From contig CAXXVZ010000004.1 in assembly GCA_963678065.2 (NCBI GenBank), positions 704,001 to 768,000 on the forward strand: 64,000 bases of DNA, written 5' to 3'. The notes under the pieces are model-generated. The model was not told the origin of the DNA. It saw nothing but the letters and a program-made list of their open reading frames with translations, and made no database searches. The translations under genes were made by a program, and so were the position numbers. This document shows positions 19,681 to 28,785 of the stretch, piece by piece. The stretch is from Treponemataceae bacterium. GTDB lineage: Bacteria; Spirochaetota; Spirochaetia; Treponematales; Rectinemataceae. How positions within the stretch are numbered: position 1 is the first letter of the stretch; the number at the start of each line of letters is the position of its first letter.

Positions 19681-19983
19681 GGATCGTCATCGCACCGAAA
19701 CTCAGGAAAGCGGGTTTCTGAGAACCGCGGCGATGGCCCGCACGGTGGTTTCGACACGAGCTGCGTCGATCCAGTAGTGGTCACGAAGCGGAAAGCACCA
19801 TTCTCCGGTGGATTGACGGGGATTCCGCGCTCCATCGTCGCCCGAACGACGTGCTCCGGATCGGACGCAGGGTCGACGACAAAGAATACCATATTGATGT
19901 CGACGGAGGCCGGATCGAGGATGCCGTTCGGAGCGGAAGTCGATGTGGTTCATGCGGAGGAGTGTAGCTGCGCGGGGACAAGC
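19681..19983 (-). pseudogene. Decayed, internally deleted copy of ltaE plus the msrA 3' tail
   Basis: Aligns with 4091-4331 and 5113-5185; about 780 bp missing; 1-bp frameshift; reads MNHIDFRS and ...IVIAPKLRKAGF*. Confidence 0.92.
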
Positions 19984-20053
19984 ACAGTGGTACCTCGGAT
20001 ACCGCGACGTCCGCGGATCGGTACCCGCGCCGGCAACGGGTGTTCAGGAACGG

Positions 20054-20911
20054 CTAGGCGGCCTGGGCGACAGCCCTCCCATCCTTCCGGTTGTTGAACC
20101 AGAGCCCGGTCACGATGAAGCCGAGTCCGAGGGCGAACCTGAGGTTGAAGTGCTCTCCCGCGACAAGGGCGCCCAGGATGACCGTGAGGGCCGTTTCCCA
20201 GTAGAAGACGAGGCTTCCCCTCCCCGCGGGAACGCTCTTGTACCCGTGGGCCATCAGGGCCTGGGCCGTGAAGGCGCCGATGCCGACGGCGATGAGGAAG
20301 CATATCGACAGAGGCGCCGGCGGCGTCTGCGGCAGGGGTGCGAAGAAGAAGAGGGGAAGTCCGAATACGCAGGGGCTGAGGTATATGACGAAGGGATTCT
20401 CCGTCCTGGAAGCGAGTCGGACGAAGTTGACGGCCACAGCCGCGAAGACGCTGCTCCCTATGGCGAGAAGATCCCCCGTCATCGAGGCGCCGGAGCCGTC
20501 GCGCACAACGAGGATCGCGCCGAGCGTGCACAGGACGAGACTCACGAGGGTCTTTTTGTGGAAGCGTTCTCCGAAGAAAAGCGCCCCGAAAACGGGCACG
20601 AAGAGTGGGTAGATATTGGAGAGCAGGGAGGCTCTGCCGGGTCCCGTCATCGAAATGGCCGCGTAGGTGAGCGCCATGGACGATGCTCCGAATATGCCGC
20701 GGAAGAGGACAGCCTTCGGGTTCTTGATCCTGACGCCCCCGTAGGACCGGAAGAGGACGAAAAGACAGAGCAGCACGCCGATCACGAATCGGGTGGACGA
20801 GATGAAGAATCCCGAAAACCCCCTCGACGCGAATTTCACGAAAATCGAGGTGAGAGCGAAAATGGTGGCGGAAGCGTAGAGCGAAGCGAAACCGGACAGA
20901 CCCACGGGCAT
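20054..20911 (-). CDS. EamA/DMT-family transporter
   Basis: 10-TM duplicated EamA pattern (RFVIG, RGIFG, LFFGERF, GDLLAIGS). Confidence 0.9.
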   Translation of the reverse strand: MPVGLSGFASLYASATIFALTSIFVKFASRGFSGFFISSTRFVIGVLLCLFVLFRSYGGVRIKNPKAVLFRGIFGASSMALTYAAISMTGPGRASLLSNIYPLFVPVFGALFFGERFHKKTLVSLVLCTLGAILVVRDGSGASMTGDLLAIGSSVFAAVAVNFVRLASRTENPFVIYLSPCVFGLPLFFFAPLPQTPPAPLSICFLIAVGIGAFTAQALMAHGYKSVPAGRGSLVFYWETALTVILGALVAGEHFNLRFALGLGFIVTGLWFNNRKDGRAVAQAA

Positions 20912-20958
20912 GACCTCCAGAACGACCGGCTGATGATGCCGTCGGGCGAGGACAAAGG

Positions 20959-22224
20959 TCAACCCGAAAAACCTTCCATCACCGCCCGGTCCCCTGAATC
21001 GGCGGGATCGAGACCGCAGACGTCGCGGAAGACCGCATCGAGTCCTTTTTCCTCAAGAAGCCGCGCGAATGCCGAGTCGGGGAGAAAGAGCTCCCCGTTT
21101 TCGCCCGGAGAGCGGAAGCGCAGGGCGGCGGCGAAAACCCGCGCGATGCCCCGCCAAGGCAGGCCCCTTTTTTGACAGAAGAGGGCCGCGCCGACGATCC
21201 TGTCGGAGCGACCCAGCTTGCGCGGAAGGTCACGTCCGACGCGGTGCACGGTGTCGCCCAGCGCTTCGTTGGCGAACCGCGACAGGAGGTCGGCGATGTG
21301 GAGAGAGAGTCCCTCCGGCGACAGTGCTTGCGGGTATTCGGCGGAGAGAGCCGCCGCGGCCTCGGTCATCGCGGCTTCGGCCGAGTCCCGCACACCGGGC
21401 AGCGCCAGGGCACGCGCGAGCATGGTTTCGGCCGGATCCGCCAGATAGCCGAAGTAGGCAGCGGCGGCGTGCCCCAGGTTGTGTATGAAAAGCTTGCGGT
21501 CGACATAGGCCATGATGCAGTCGACGGGCAGAAGCCCCTCGACCTCGGGTACGGGACCGAGAAAGCCCTTTTTGTCGAGGATGAGTGTGTTGTATTCTTC
21601 GGCGAAGACGCACAGCCTGTCCACGGCCATATCCTCGGCGCGCATGAGGGGCACCATCTTGCCGATGCTCGTTTCGACTATCCCGAGCCTTTCTCCGATC
21701 GGGAAGCCCTCGGGGAGCAGGGAAGTAAGTCCGCGCAGCAGCGTTTCGGGTGCCTCGCGGTCGTTCTCGGCGAGGATGATATCGAGGGGAGGGACGGACC
21801 TGACGCCCGCGCGGGATTCCGGCGCCATATCGCCTGAGTCTGCGCAGGATTCCGGTCCATGCCCACAGCCGCGCGCCCTCCGCTTTCGTTCCAGAAGCCC
21901 CGCGGCCAGCGCCGGCAGGATCTTCGGCAGGGCGGCCTTGCCCACGCAGGTGGCCGCGAGATCAGCCTCCGCCAGCAGGGCGGCGACAGCCTCCCTGTCC
22001 CTGCCATCCACGGCACGGACACCGGAAACCTGCAAAACTTCGTCGACACGTCCGCGGCGCTTGATGACGACGGGATAGGATTTCCGCCTGTTCAGCTCCG
22101 CGACGAGAACAGGGTCGACATCGATGAATGCGACATTCCAGCCCGCATGGGCAAAGAGCTGTCCGACAAACGAGCGACCGATGTTTCCTGCCCCGAAGAC
22201 GGCCAGAGTCCCATTCCTGTTCAT
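20959..22224 (-). CDS. mtlD: Mannitol-1-phosphate 5-dehydrogenase-like polyol-phosphate dehydrogenase
   Basis: FGAGNIGRSF, ILAEN, RKLFIHNLGH, RFAN..LGDTVHRVGRD..RKL; ATGA coupling to the kinase. Confidence 0.8.
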   Translation of the reverse strand: MNRNGTLAVFGAGNIGRSFVGQLFAHAGWNVAFIDVDPVLVAELNRRKSYPVVIKRRGRVDEVLQVSGVRAVDGRDREAVAALLAEADLAATCVGKAALPKILPALAAGLLERKRRARGCGHGPESCADSGDMAPESRAGVRSVPPLDIILAENDREAPETLLRGLTSLLPEGFPIGERLGIVETSIGKMVPLMRAEDMAVDRLCVFAEEYNTLILDKKGFLGPVPEVEGLLPVDCIMAYVDRKLFIHNLGHAAAAYFGYLADPAETMLARALALPGVRDSAEAAMTEAAAALSAEYPQALSPEGLSLHIADLLSRFANEALGDTVHRVGRDLPRKLGRSDRIVGAALFCQKRGLPWRGIARVFAAALRFRSPGENGELFLPDSAFARLLEEKGLDAVFRDVCGLDPADSGDRAVMEGFSG

Positions 22225-23582
22225 GATTGTATCCCCTCTTCGACCGGCCCGGCGCCCCTGCCAGCGCCCCTGCCGGCGCCCTGGTCTGAGCCTGGCCCGG
22301 CGTCCCGGCTTTCGCCTGCGATCTGCCGGAAGTAATCCGCACGGTAAGACTCGACGACGGCGCGCTTTTCTCCGGGAACCTTTTCGTACCAGGTGCCGCC
22401 GACGATCCCGAGGGTGGCGGCTCCGGCGGCTATTCCCCATAGGATGGCGTCTTTCAGGTCGAGATCGCGATCCCTGCCCGCGAGCATCTGCTCCGCGAGC
22501 GCGGCGACGATGCCGCCGGCAAACGCGTCGCCACAGCCCGTGGTATCTCCGCGGGGTCCCCCTCTCCCGCCTGGGCCCTGGTTCTCCCTGATCTCCCGTC
22601 CCGCGCGCGCCGAAACGGGGCAGGAAGAGAGCGCGAGCGGCGCGAAGCGGCCTCCGCTGCGCCCGCTTCCCTCTCGGGGGGTCTTTCCGCCGGAGGTCCA
22701 GGCGATCACGTCGCCAGCCCCACGCGTGATGACGAAGGCGGAAACGCCCGAGGCCACGAAGAAGGAGGCTGCTGCGTCGAGCGAGGTCGTTCCGGAAAGC
22801 CTCAGCGCCTCATCCCTGTCCATGATGAGGAGTTCGCAGGCTCCGAAGGACCTCGGCGAGTCACCGGGGCGGCCGAGAGGCCAGGGGTGGACAGGGTCCC
22901 GCCTCTCGTTCCGGAAATCGAAGACGGTGTTGACCACGGTCAGGCAGCCCTGGGCGCGGGCCTCGGGAAGGAGGTCGCCGAGCCCGTCGTGCAGGGCGGG
23001 GACGAGGCCTGTTCCCCCGAAGACGACGATATCGGCGTCGAGGAAGCCGCTCCCATCCGCGCTCCCTTCGAGCAGCTTCTCCGCGTTGTAGCCGGCCGCG
23101 ACACCGATGTCGTTCACGAAGCAGCGCTCTCCGTGCCCGCCATCCCAGGAGGGATCGGAGAGGACGAAGGTGGAGGGGGTCGGGCCCGGCGCCATCCCGT
23201 AGGCGGAGCAATCGACCGGCAGCTTCGCGAGGAGGGCGGCCAGCCGGTCCCCCGTTTCGTCGTCGCCGCGAAGACCATGGAAGGAGACATGAAAATCGGG
23301 GCCGGCCAGCATCTGGGCAGCGTGAATCATGGCGACGATCGAAGGTCCCCCGATGTTCTCCGCGCTGGCCTTCGAACCAGGAACGAGATTTTCCAGAATG
23401 CGGTCGAAACTCTCTTTCGCGAAATGTTCGGCATCCGGCACGAAGACGAGCTTGCCCGGAGAGAGGCCCCCGTCGCCATCGCACAGGCTCCGGTAGCGCC
23501 GGAAAGCCTCGCCGCCGAAGTCGACCCCCACAAACAGTCTGTCCATCAGGGCACAGCCCGTGCCCGCTATGCGTATCGGCAT
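22221..23582 (-). CDS. PfkB-family carbohydrate kinase
   Basis: NIGGP, GLRGDDETG, ITRGA, DTTGCGDAFAGG anion-hole motif. Confidence 0.9.
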   Translation of the reverse strand: MPIRIAGTGCALMDRLFVGVDFGGEAFRRYRSLCDGDGGLSPGKLVFVPDAEHFAKESFDRILENLVPGSKASAENIGGPSIVAMIHAAQMLAGPDFHVSFHGLRGDDETGDRLAALLAKLPVDCSAYGMAPGPTPSTFVLSDPSWDGGHGERCFVNDIGVAAGYNAEKLLEGSADGSGFLDADIVVFGGTGLVPALHDGLGDLLPEARAQGCLTVVNTVFDFRNERRDPVHPWPLGRPGDSPRSFGACELLIMDRDEALRLSGTTSLDAAASFFVASGVSAFVITRGAGDVIAWTSGGKTPREGSGRSGGRFAPLALSSCPVSARAGREIRENQGPGGRGGPRGDTTGCGDAFAGGIVAALAEQMLAGRDRDLDLKDAILWGIAAGAATLGIVGGTWYEKVPGEKRAVVESYRADYFRQIAGESRDAGPGSDQGAGRGAGRGAGPVEEGIQS

Positions 23583-23619
23583 GATGTCATCCTTCTTCTG
23601 TCCGTGCCGGAGCAGCGGA

Positions 23620-24294
23620 TCAGAGATAATTCCGGTAGTCCGAGACGAGGAGCCTGTACAGGGCTTCGTCCTCTTCTATATCGGGAAAACGCCCGACGGA
23701 CTCAAAGAATCTGTTATCGGAATTGTCGTCATTCACCGCGCTCACCTCGCCGACAAGGATCCTTCCCGCCCCTTTCTCGCCGAAGAAGCGGTGGTAGAGG
23801 CCGGGGGCGAGGCAGATGCTCTCACCGGGCGAGAGAACAACCTGCCCCCCCGCCTCCACGCGGCGGGTGATGCCGTCGACCCGGACCTGGACAGCTTCCG
23901 GGGACAGGCCTTCATCGCTCGTCGATCCGAAGAGCTGGAGAACGAGGTTTCCGCCGCCGCGGTTTATTATGTCTTCCATCTTGGACCAGTGGAAATGAAG
24001 GGGCGTCTCCTGCTCCTCGCCGACGATCATGATTTTTTCGGCGTAGGGTTTCGCGTCGCGCCGGGCGGCTCCGTTGCGCATAGTGAACAGAAAAAGTCCG
24101 CGCCGCGCGAAGTCGCCCGAGCCGAAATCCGTCAGGTCCCAGCCGAGCATATTCCCGACTATCTCGGCATCGCTCTCGCCGCGAGCGCGCCAGTCGTCCG
24201 GATTCCTCGCCGCCCAGGGCGGCAGCCGGAAATTCATCGCGGCGAAAAACACCTCGGCGTCCCGAATGCGCGCGTTTATCTCGCTCCGTTTCAT
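23620..24294 (-). CDS. D-lyxose/D-mannose-family sugar isomerase (cupin)
   Basis: MKRSEIN, GWDLTDFG, PLHFHWSKMEDIINRGGG, GEVSAVNDD. Confidence 0.92.
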   Translation of the reverse strand: MKRSEINARIRDAEVFFAAMNFRLPPWAARNPDDWRARGESDAEIVGNMLGWDLTDFGSGDFARRGLFLFTMRNGAARRDAKPYAEKIMIVGEEQETPLHFHWSKMEDIINRGGGNLVLQLFGSTSDEGLSPEAVQVRVDGITRRVEAGGQVVLSPGESICLAPGLYHRFFGEKGAGRILVGEVSAVNDDNSDNRFFESVGRFPDIEEDEALYRLLVSDYRNYL

Positions 24295-24305
24295 GCCCAC
24301 TCCTG

Positions 24306-25355
24306 TCAGGAAAAATCCCCGCGCCACTCGCGCAGGGCATTCACCATCGCGAGGTAACCTTCCACAGGCACATAGTCGGGGATCGAGTTTCCCGAACCGA
24401 AGGCGAATCCGCCATGACCGACCGACTTACCGACGACATCGCGGACATACTCCCTGATCGTCTCCGGATCGTTGCGGCAGATGAAGTCCGTGTCGGCCCC
24501 GCCGAAGTTCCCTATCCTCTCGCCGTAGCGCTCCACCCAGACAGGGAAGGGCGCGATCTGGTCCTCGTTGGAGTGCTTCGCGTCGATGCCCGCCGCGACC
24601 AGATCGTCCATCACGTCGAAGATCATGCCGCAGGAGTGCAGGAGAAAGGGTTTTCCGTACGAGTGGATGAGGTCGATGATGGGCCTGTAGGCCGGGATGA
24701 CGAGCCTGCGGATGTCCCCGGCCGAGATGAGTGTGTTGCTCTTGAATCCGAGGTCGTCGCCGAAGCGGAGGACGCAGTAGATGTCCCCGAACTCCGCCAT
24801 GAAGCGCTTCCAGATCGCGAGATTGACCGCACCCACGGCGGCGAAAAGTTTGGCGTACAACTCAGGATCGTCGGCGGCGATGTAGCAGAGCTCGGTGTAG
24901 CCGGTGATGTCCTGCACGCACTCGAAGATGCCGTTGCCCGGCCCTCCGATGGCTTTCATGCCCGCGGGCATGACCTCGCCGAGGGCCCTGAAGTCCTCCG
25001 AATAGGCGGAGAAGAAGAGATCGGGTATCTCCGCCCAGGGATAGGACTCGAAGCTCGCGCGGTCCACGATGACACCCGGCACGTGCCTGCCGAGAGCGCC
25101 CGAGCCCGGCATGACGGCGCCGATACACTGCTCGAAACTCACCGTGTCGTAGCCCATCGTCGCGAAGAAGCGGCAGTACTGTCTGAAGTATTCCTTCTTG
25201 TCCGCGAAGTTCCCGCCCGCGAGTCCGGCGAAGCGCGTGCCGAGGATGGTCTCCATGATTTCGGGGCAGATTATGTGCTCGTAGAGCGGAAGCCTTTGCG
25301 CCTCCACATTGCGCGCGGCATTTTCGATACAGGTATAATCGGGTTGGAAATTCAC
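24306..25355 (-). CDS. URO-D/MtaA-like family protein
   Basis: GDDLGFK, LLHSCG, GNFGG.D, FGSGNSIPDYVP; GTG start after AGGAGAGG. Confidence 0.88.
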   Translation of the reverse strand: MNFQPDYTCIENAARNVEAQRLPLYEHIICPEIMETILGTRFAGLAGGNFADKKEYFRQYCRFFATMGYDTVSFEQCIGAVMPGSGALGRHVPGVIVDRASFESYPWAEIPDLFFSAYSEDFRALGEVMPAGMKAIGGPGNGIFECVQDITGYTELCYIAADDPELYAKLFAAVGAVNLAIWKRFMAEFGDIYCVLRFGDDLGFKSNTLISAGDIRRLVIPAYRPIIDLIHSYGKPFLLHSCGMIFDVMDDLVAAGIDAKHSNEDQIAPFPVWVERYGERIGNFGGADTDFICRNDPETIREYVRDVVGKSVGHGGFAFGSGNSIPDYVPVEGYLAMVNALREWRGDFS

Positions 25356-25381
25356 GGCATCCTCTCCTTGCGCGGAATGTT

Positions 25382-26410
25382 TCAATCCATGTCGAAGCGG
25401 CAGGAGCCCCTGTCGACGAAGGGCATTTTCGTCTTCAGCACCTGGACAGAGCCCGAGGGCGACTGGAGCCGCGATTCGAGGAGGTTCCAGGCCATCGAGA
25501 CCATGAGGCGCTGGTCGATCTGCATGGTGCTGATCTTCGGTATGAAGGGAACCCTGTAGTCGAGGACGTCGCCGCCCGTCGCGATGAGGGATACATCCTT
25601 CGGAACCTGCCTGCCCGAACGCTTCAGCGCCTCGAGGAGATAGGCGGCGAAGTAGTCGTCGTGCACGGAGAAGGCTGTGGGGGGCAGGGGGCTGCGGTAT
25701 ATCTCCTCGACCCGTTTCACCAGGGCTTCGAAGTCCGGAAGACTCACTGAAATCCTGTTGTCCTCCATATATTCCAGTCCGCTCTCCTCGAGAGCCTTCC
25801 AGTAGCCGAAAAAGCGGTCATTGATGAGGGTCGGGTAGTTGGGTCTGAAATAGTCGGCGTAGCCGATGATTCTGTGTCCCAGCCCGACAAGATACTTGGT
25901 CGCCTCGTAGGCTCCCTGGACTTCGTCGGACAGAACCGAATAGAACTGCGTCTGATACTCGTTGTTGTTGATGATGATGACCGGAATGCCCGAATCCTCG
26001 AGATCCTGGAACAGTTCGGGATCGGCGTAGTGGATGGCGAAGACAGCCCCGACCCTGGCGCCGGTGATTTCCTTGAAGATGGTCTTCGCGGTCGCCGTGG
26101 CGGGAATATGGAGGATGATCGGGTAATACCCCATCTGGATGACCTGTTCCTCGAGGTATGTGGCGAAGGGTTGGGAGAAGTTCCACAGATAGGGAAAATC
26201 CTCGCGCTGGAGGATGCTGACATACTTGAAGCGCCTCGATCCCGGGGCCGACTCCTGGGCTTTCCGGCTGTATCCCATCTCTTCGGCCAGGACGCGCACG
26301 CGCCCCGCGACGGCGGGAGAAATCTTGCCCTTTCCCGAGAGGATCATGGAAACCGCGGCCACGGAAATTCCCGCGGCTTCGGCGAGGTCCTTCAGGGTCG
26401 TCTTTTTCAT
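25382..26410 (-). CDS. LacI-family transcriptional regulator
   Basis: TLKDLAEAAGISVAAVS HTH, LGHRIIG, VPKDVS, RGSC end. Confidence 0.92.
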   Translation of the reverse strand: MKKTTLKDLAEAAGISVAAVSMILSGKGKISPAVAGRVRVLAEEMGYSRKAQESAPGSRRFKYVSILQREDFPYLWNFSQPFATYLEEQVIQMGYYPIILHIPATATAKTIFKEITGARVGAVFAIHYADPELFQDLEDSGIPVIIINNNEYQTQFYSVLSDEVQGAYEATKYLVGLGHRIIGYADYFRPNYPTLINDRFFGYWKALEESGLEYMEDNRISVSLPDFEALVKRVEEIYRSPLPPTAFSVHDDYFAAYLLEALKRSGRQVPKDVSLIATGGDVLDYRVPFIPKISTMQIDQRLMVSMAWNLLESRLQSPSGSVQVLKTKMPFVDRGSCRFDMD

Positions 26411-26467
26411 GCAGGGCATTATACATGATTTCGAAAATATGTGGAGACTTAATTTGGTTAAATTTTG

Positions 26468-26537
26468 TGATTTAACTTAATTAAATCAAAATATTTTAAA
26501 TTAAGTTTCTTGACGGATCGGGACCCCGTGCTAGAAT
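26468..26537 (+). promoter_or_regulatory. Divergent control region: operator palindrome and extended -10 promoter
   Basis: TGATTTAA-N5-TTAAATCA (26468-26488); TTGACG (26510-26515), 16 bp, TGc-TAGAAT (26532-26537). Confidence 0.65.
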
Positions 26538-26571
26538 CATCTTAGAATCTGAAAGCCAGGCGGAGAAACCA

Positions 26572-27633
26572 GTGACATCAAAAGAACGATTCTTGACCGC
26601 GATCGAGGGAGGCCTGCCCGACCGCGTTCCCCTGTTCGACTTCCTCTTCCAGGAACCGCTCTACGAAAAGCTCATCGGCCACAGACCCGGAAGCTACAAC
26701 GGCATGGATGCCCTCGAGCTCGCGAAAAAGCTCAGGATGGACGGCATCTGGGTTCCCTTGGCCGGATTCCAGGGTTATTCGCCCGAATGGATCGACGAAA
26801 AGACGTACCGGGACGAGTGGGGAACCGTCTTCGTGCGCTCGGAGGTTTCCTGGCCCATCGATTCGCCGATCCGCAACCCGATCACCTGCAGGGAAGATTT
26901 CGAAGCATATACCTGTCCCGATCCGGAGCTTCCGGGGCGCGATCTCGAACTCAGGCAGACTATCAGGAACAACGAAGAATCGCAGCTCGCCATCACCTGC
27001 GGAGTCCAGGGTCCGCTCACGACGGCCTGGCTCCTCATGGGCTTCGAGAACATCAGCTTCGCCCTCTACGACGACCCCGAACTCCTCGAGTCGGTCTTCG
27101 CCATGTCCAACGACTTCTTCAAGAAGGCCGCGAAAATCGCGGTGGAATGCGGCATCGACGGCATCTGGATCAGCGAGGACCTCGGGGATTCCAAATCGGT
27201 TTTCTTCCGCAAAGACCTCTATATCAAGCACTTCTATCCGTATTTCAAGGACCTCGTGGACTACGTCGACTCGCTCGGCGTGCCCGCCCTCCTCCACTCC
27301 TGCGGCAACATATACGACTATCTCGATCTCATCGCGGACACGAAAATCAAGTCGATCCATCCTCTCCAGCGCACGGCCGGCATGGACCTGAAGCGCGTCA
27401 AGAGGGAATACGGCAAGCGATTCTGCATAATCGGCAACATAGACTCCTCGGGGACCCTCCCCTACGGCAGCCCCGAGGATGTGCGCGCTGAAGTCCGGCA
27501 GGCTATCGCCGACGCAGGCGCAGGCGGCGGCTACATCCTCGCCTCCGATCACTCGCTGCACGACGGAATCCCGATAGAGAACATCACGGCCATGTTCGAC
27601 GAGGGTCTGAAGGCGGGGACGGGAATTTATTGA
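26572..27633 (+). CDS. URO-D/MtaA-like family protein
   Basis: MTSKERF...PDRVP, DEWG, SEDLG, LLHSCG, GNID, ILASDHS. Confidence 0.9.
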   Translation: MTSKERFLTAIEGGLPDRVPLFDFLFQEPLYEKLIGHRPGSYNGMDALELAKKLRMDGIWVPLAGFQGYSPEWIDEKTYRDEWGTVFVRSEVSWPIDSPIRNPITCREDFEAYTCPDPELPGRDLELRQTIRNNEESQLAITCGVQGPLTTAWLLMGFENISFALYDDPELLESVFAMSNDFFKKAAKIAVECGIDGIWISEDLGDSKSVFFRKDLYIKHFYPYFKDLVDYVDSLGVPALLHSCGNIYDYLDLIADTKIKSIHPLQRTAGMDLKRVKREYGKRFCIIGNIDSSGTLPYGSPEDVRAEVRQAIADAGAGGGYILASDHSLHDGIPIENITAMFDEGLKAGTGIY

Positions 27634-27690
27634 GGCACTACCCGCCGCTCGCGCGGCGGAAAAAGGAATCGCGTTTTACAGGAGGCTCAG

Positions 27691-28674
27691 ATGAAAAAGG
27701 TTCTCGTGACAATGGTGGCGGTGGCTATGATGTTCGCCGTCGGCGCAGGCGCTTTCGCCCAGGCCAAGCCCAAAGTGGCAGGAGTCGTGTTTCAGGAAGA
27801 CCAGTTCATGAAGCTTCTCCAGCTCGGCTACAAAGACACGGCGGTCAAGGCCGGATTCGATTTCTATCCCGGCAACACCAACGGCGACGCGGCCAAGGAA
27901 GCTGAATTTCTCAACACCTACGTGACCCAAGGGTACAAAGGCGTGGCCATCTCCCCGATCAGCGAAGGCGCGTCCATGAAGGTCATCGCCGACGCCGCGA
28001 AGAAAGGGCTCGCGGTCGGCATCTCCAACTTCACCCTGACGAGCGCCCCCTACATCTCCGGCGCCTTCACCTCCGACAACTACGACCTCGGCAAGACCTG
28101 CGGACAGGCCGCCGCGACCTACATCAAGGAGAAGATGGGCGGAAAGGCCAAGGTCGCCATCCTCCAGTTCAAGTCCCTCCTGCCCGAGCAGTCCTCGGCC
28201 CGCGTGAACGGCTTCCTCGATCAGATCAAGGCCCTCCCCGGCGTCGAAGTCATCGCCGACCAGGACGCCTGGCTCCAGGACAAGGCCATCACGGTCGCCG
28301 GCGACATCATCACCGCCAAGGGTGGCAGCCTCAACCTGATCTTCTCCGCCAACGAGGGCGGCACCATCGGCGCGACCATGGCTGTCAAGAACGCGGGAAA
28401 AGCAGGCAAGATCTCCGTGTTCGGATTCGACGGCAGCGAGCAGATGGTCCAGCTCCTCAAAGATCCCGCCAACATCCTCCAGGCCGCGATCGCCCAGGAC
28501 CCCTACGGCATCGGCGTGAAGACCATGGAAAGCCTCATCAAGGCGATCAAGGGTGAGGATATCAGTGCGACGAAGGGAAAAACCCAGATCGTCCCGGGAA
28601 TCCTCCTCGCCCGCGCCAACGTGGCCGGACTCGATGCCTTCCTCGCCGACCTGAAATCCAAGTCGGGAAAATAA
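27691..28674 (+). CDS. Monosaccharide ABC substrate-binding protein (RbsB-like)
   Basis: Signal peptide, SDNY, ANEG, FGFD, AQDPYGIG. Confidence 0.92.
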   Translation: MKKVLVTMVAVAMMFAVGAGAFAQAKPKVAGVVFQEDQFMKLLQLGYKDTAVKAGFDFYPGNTNGDAAKEAEFLNTYVTQGYKGVAISPISEGASMKVIADAAKKGLAVGISNFTLTSAPYISGAFTSDNYDLGKTCGQAAATYIKEKMGGKAKVAILQFKSLLPEQSSARVNGFLDQIKALPGVEVIADQDAWLQDKAITVAGDIITAKGGSLNLIFSANEGGTIGATMAVKNAGKAGKISVFGFDGSEQMVQLLKDPANILQAAIAQDPYGIGVKTMESLIKAIKGEDISATKGKTQIVPGILLARANVAGLDAFLADLKSKSGK

Positions 28675-28705
28675 GCACACGACTTCCCGAATCGCAGTAT
28701 ACTGA

Positions 28706-28748
28706 AGGGGTTTCGCGGCTGCCGGTTCCGCCGGCCCGCGGAACCCCT
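28706..28748 (+). terminator. Intercistronic stem-loop after SBP gene
   Basis: AGGGGTTTCGCGG..GCCGG / CCGGC.CCGCGGAACCCCT. Confidence 0.55.
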
Positions 28749-28785
28749 GATTTCGATCCTGTCATTCACGTGCAAAGAGGATTCA

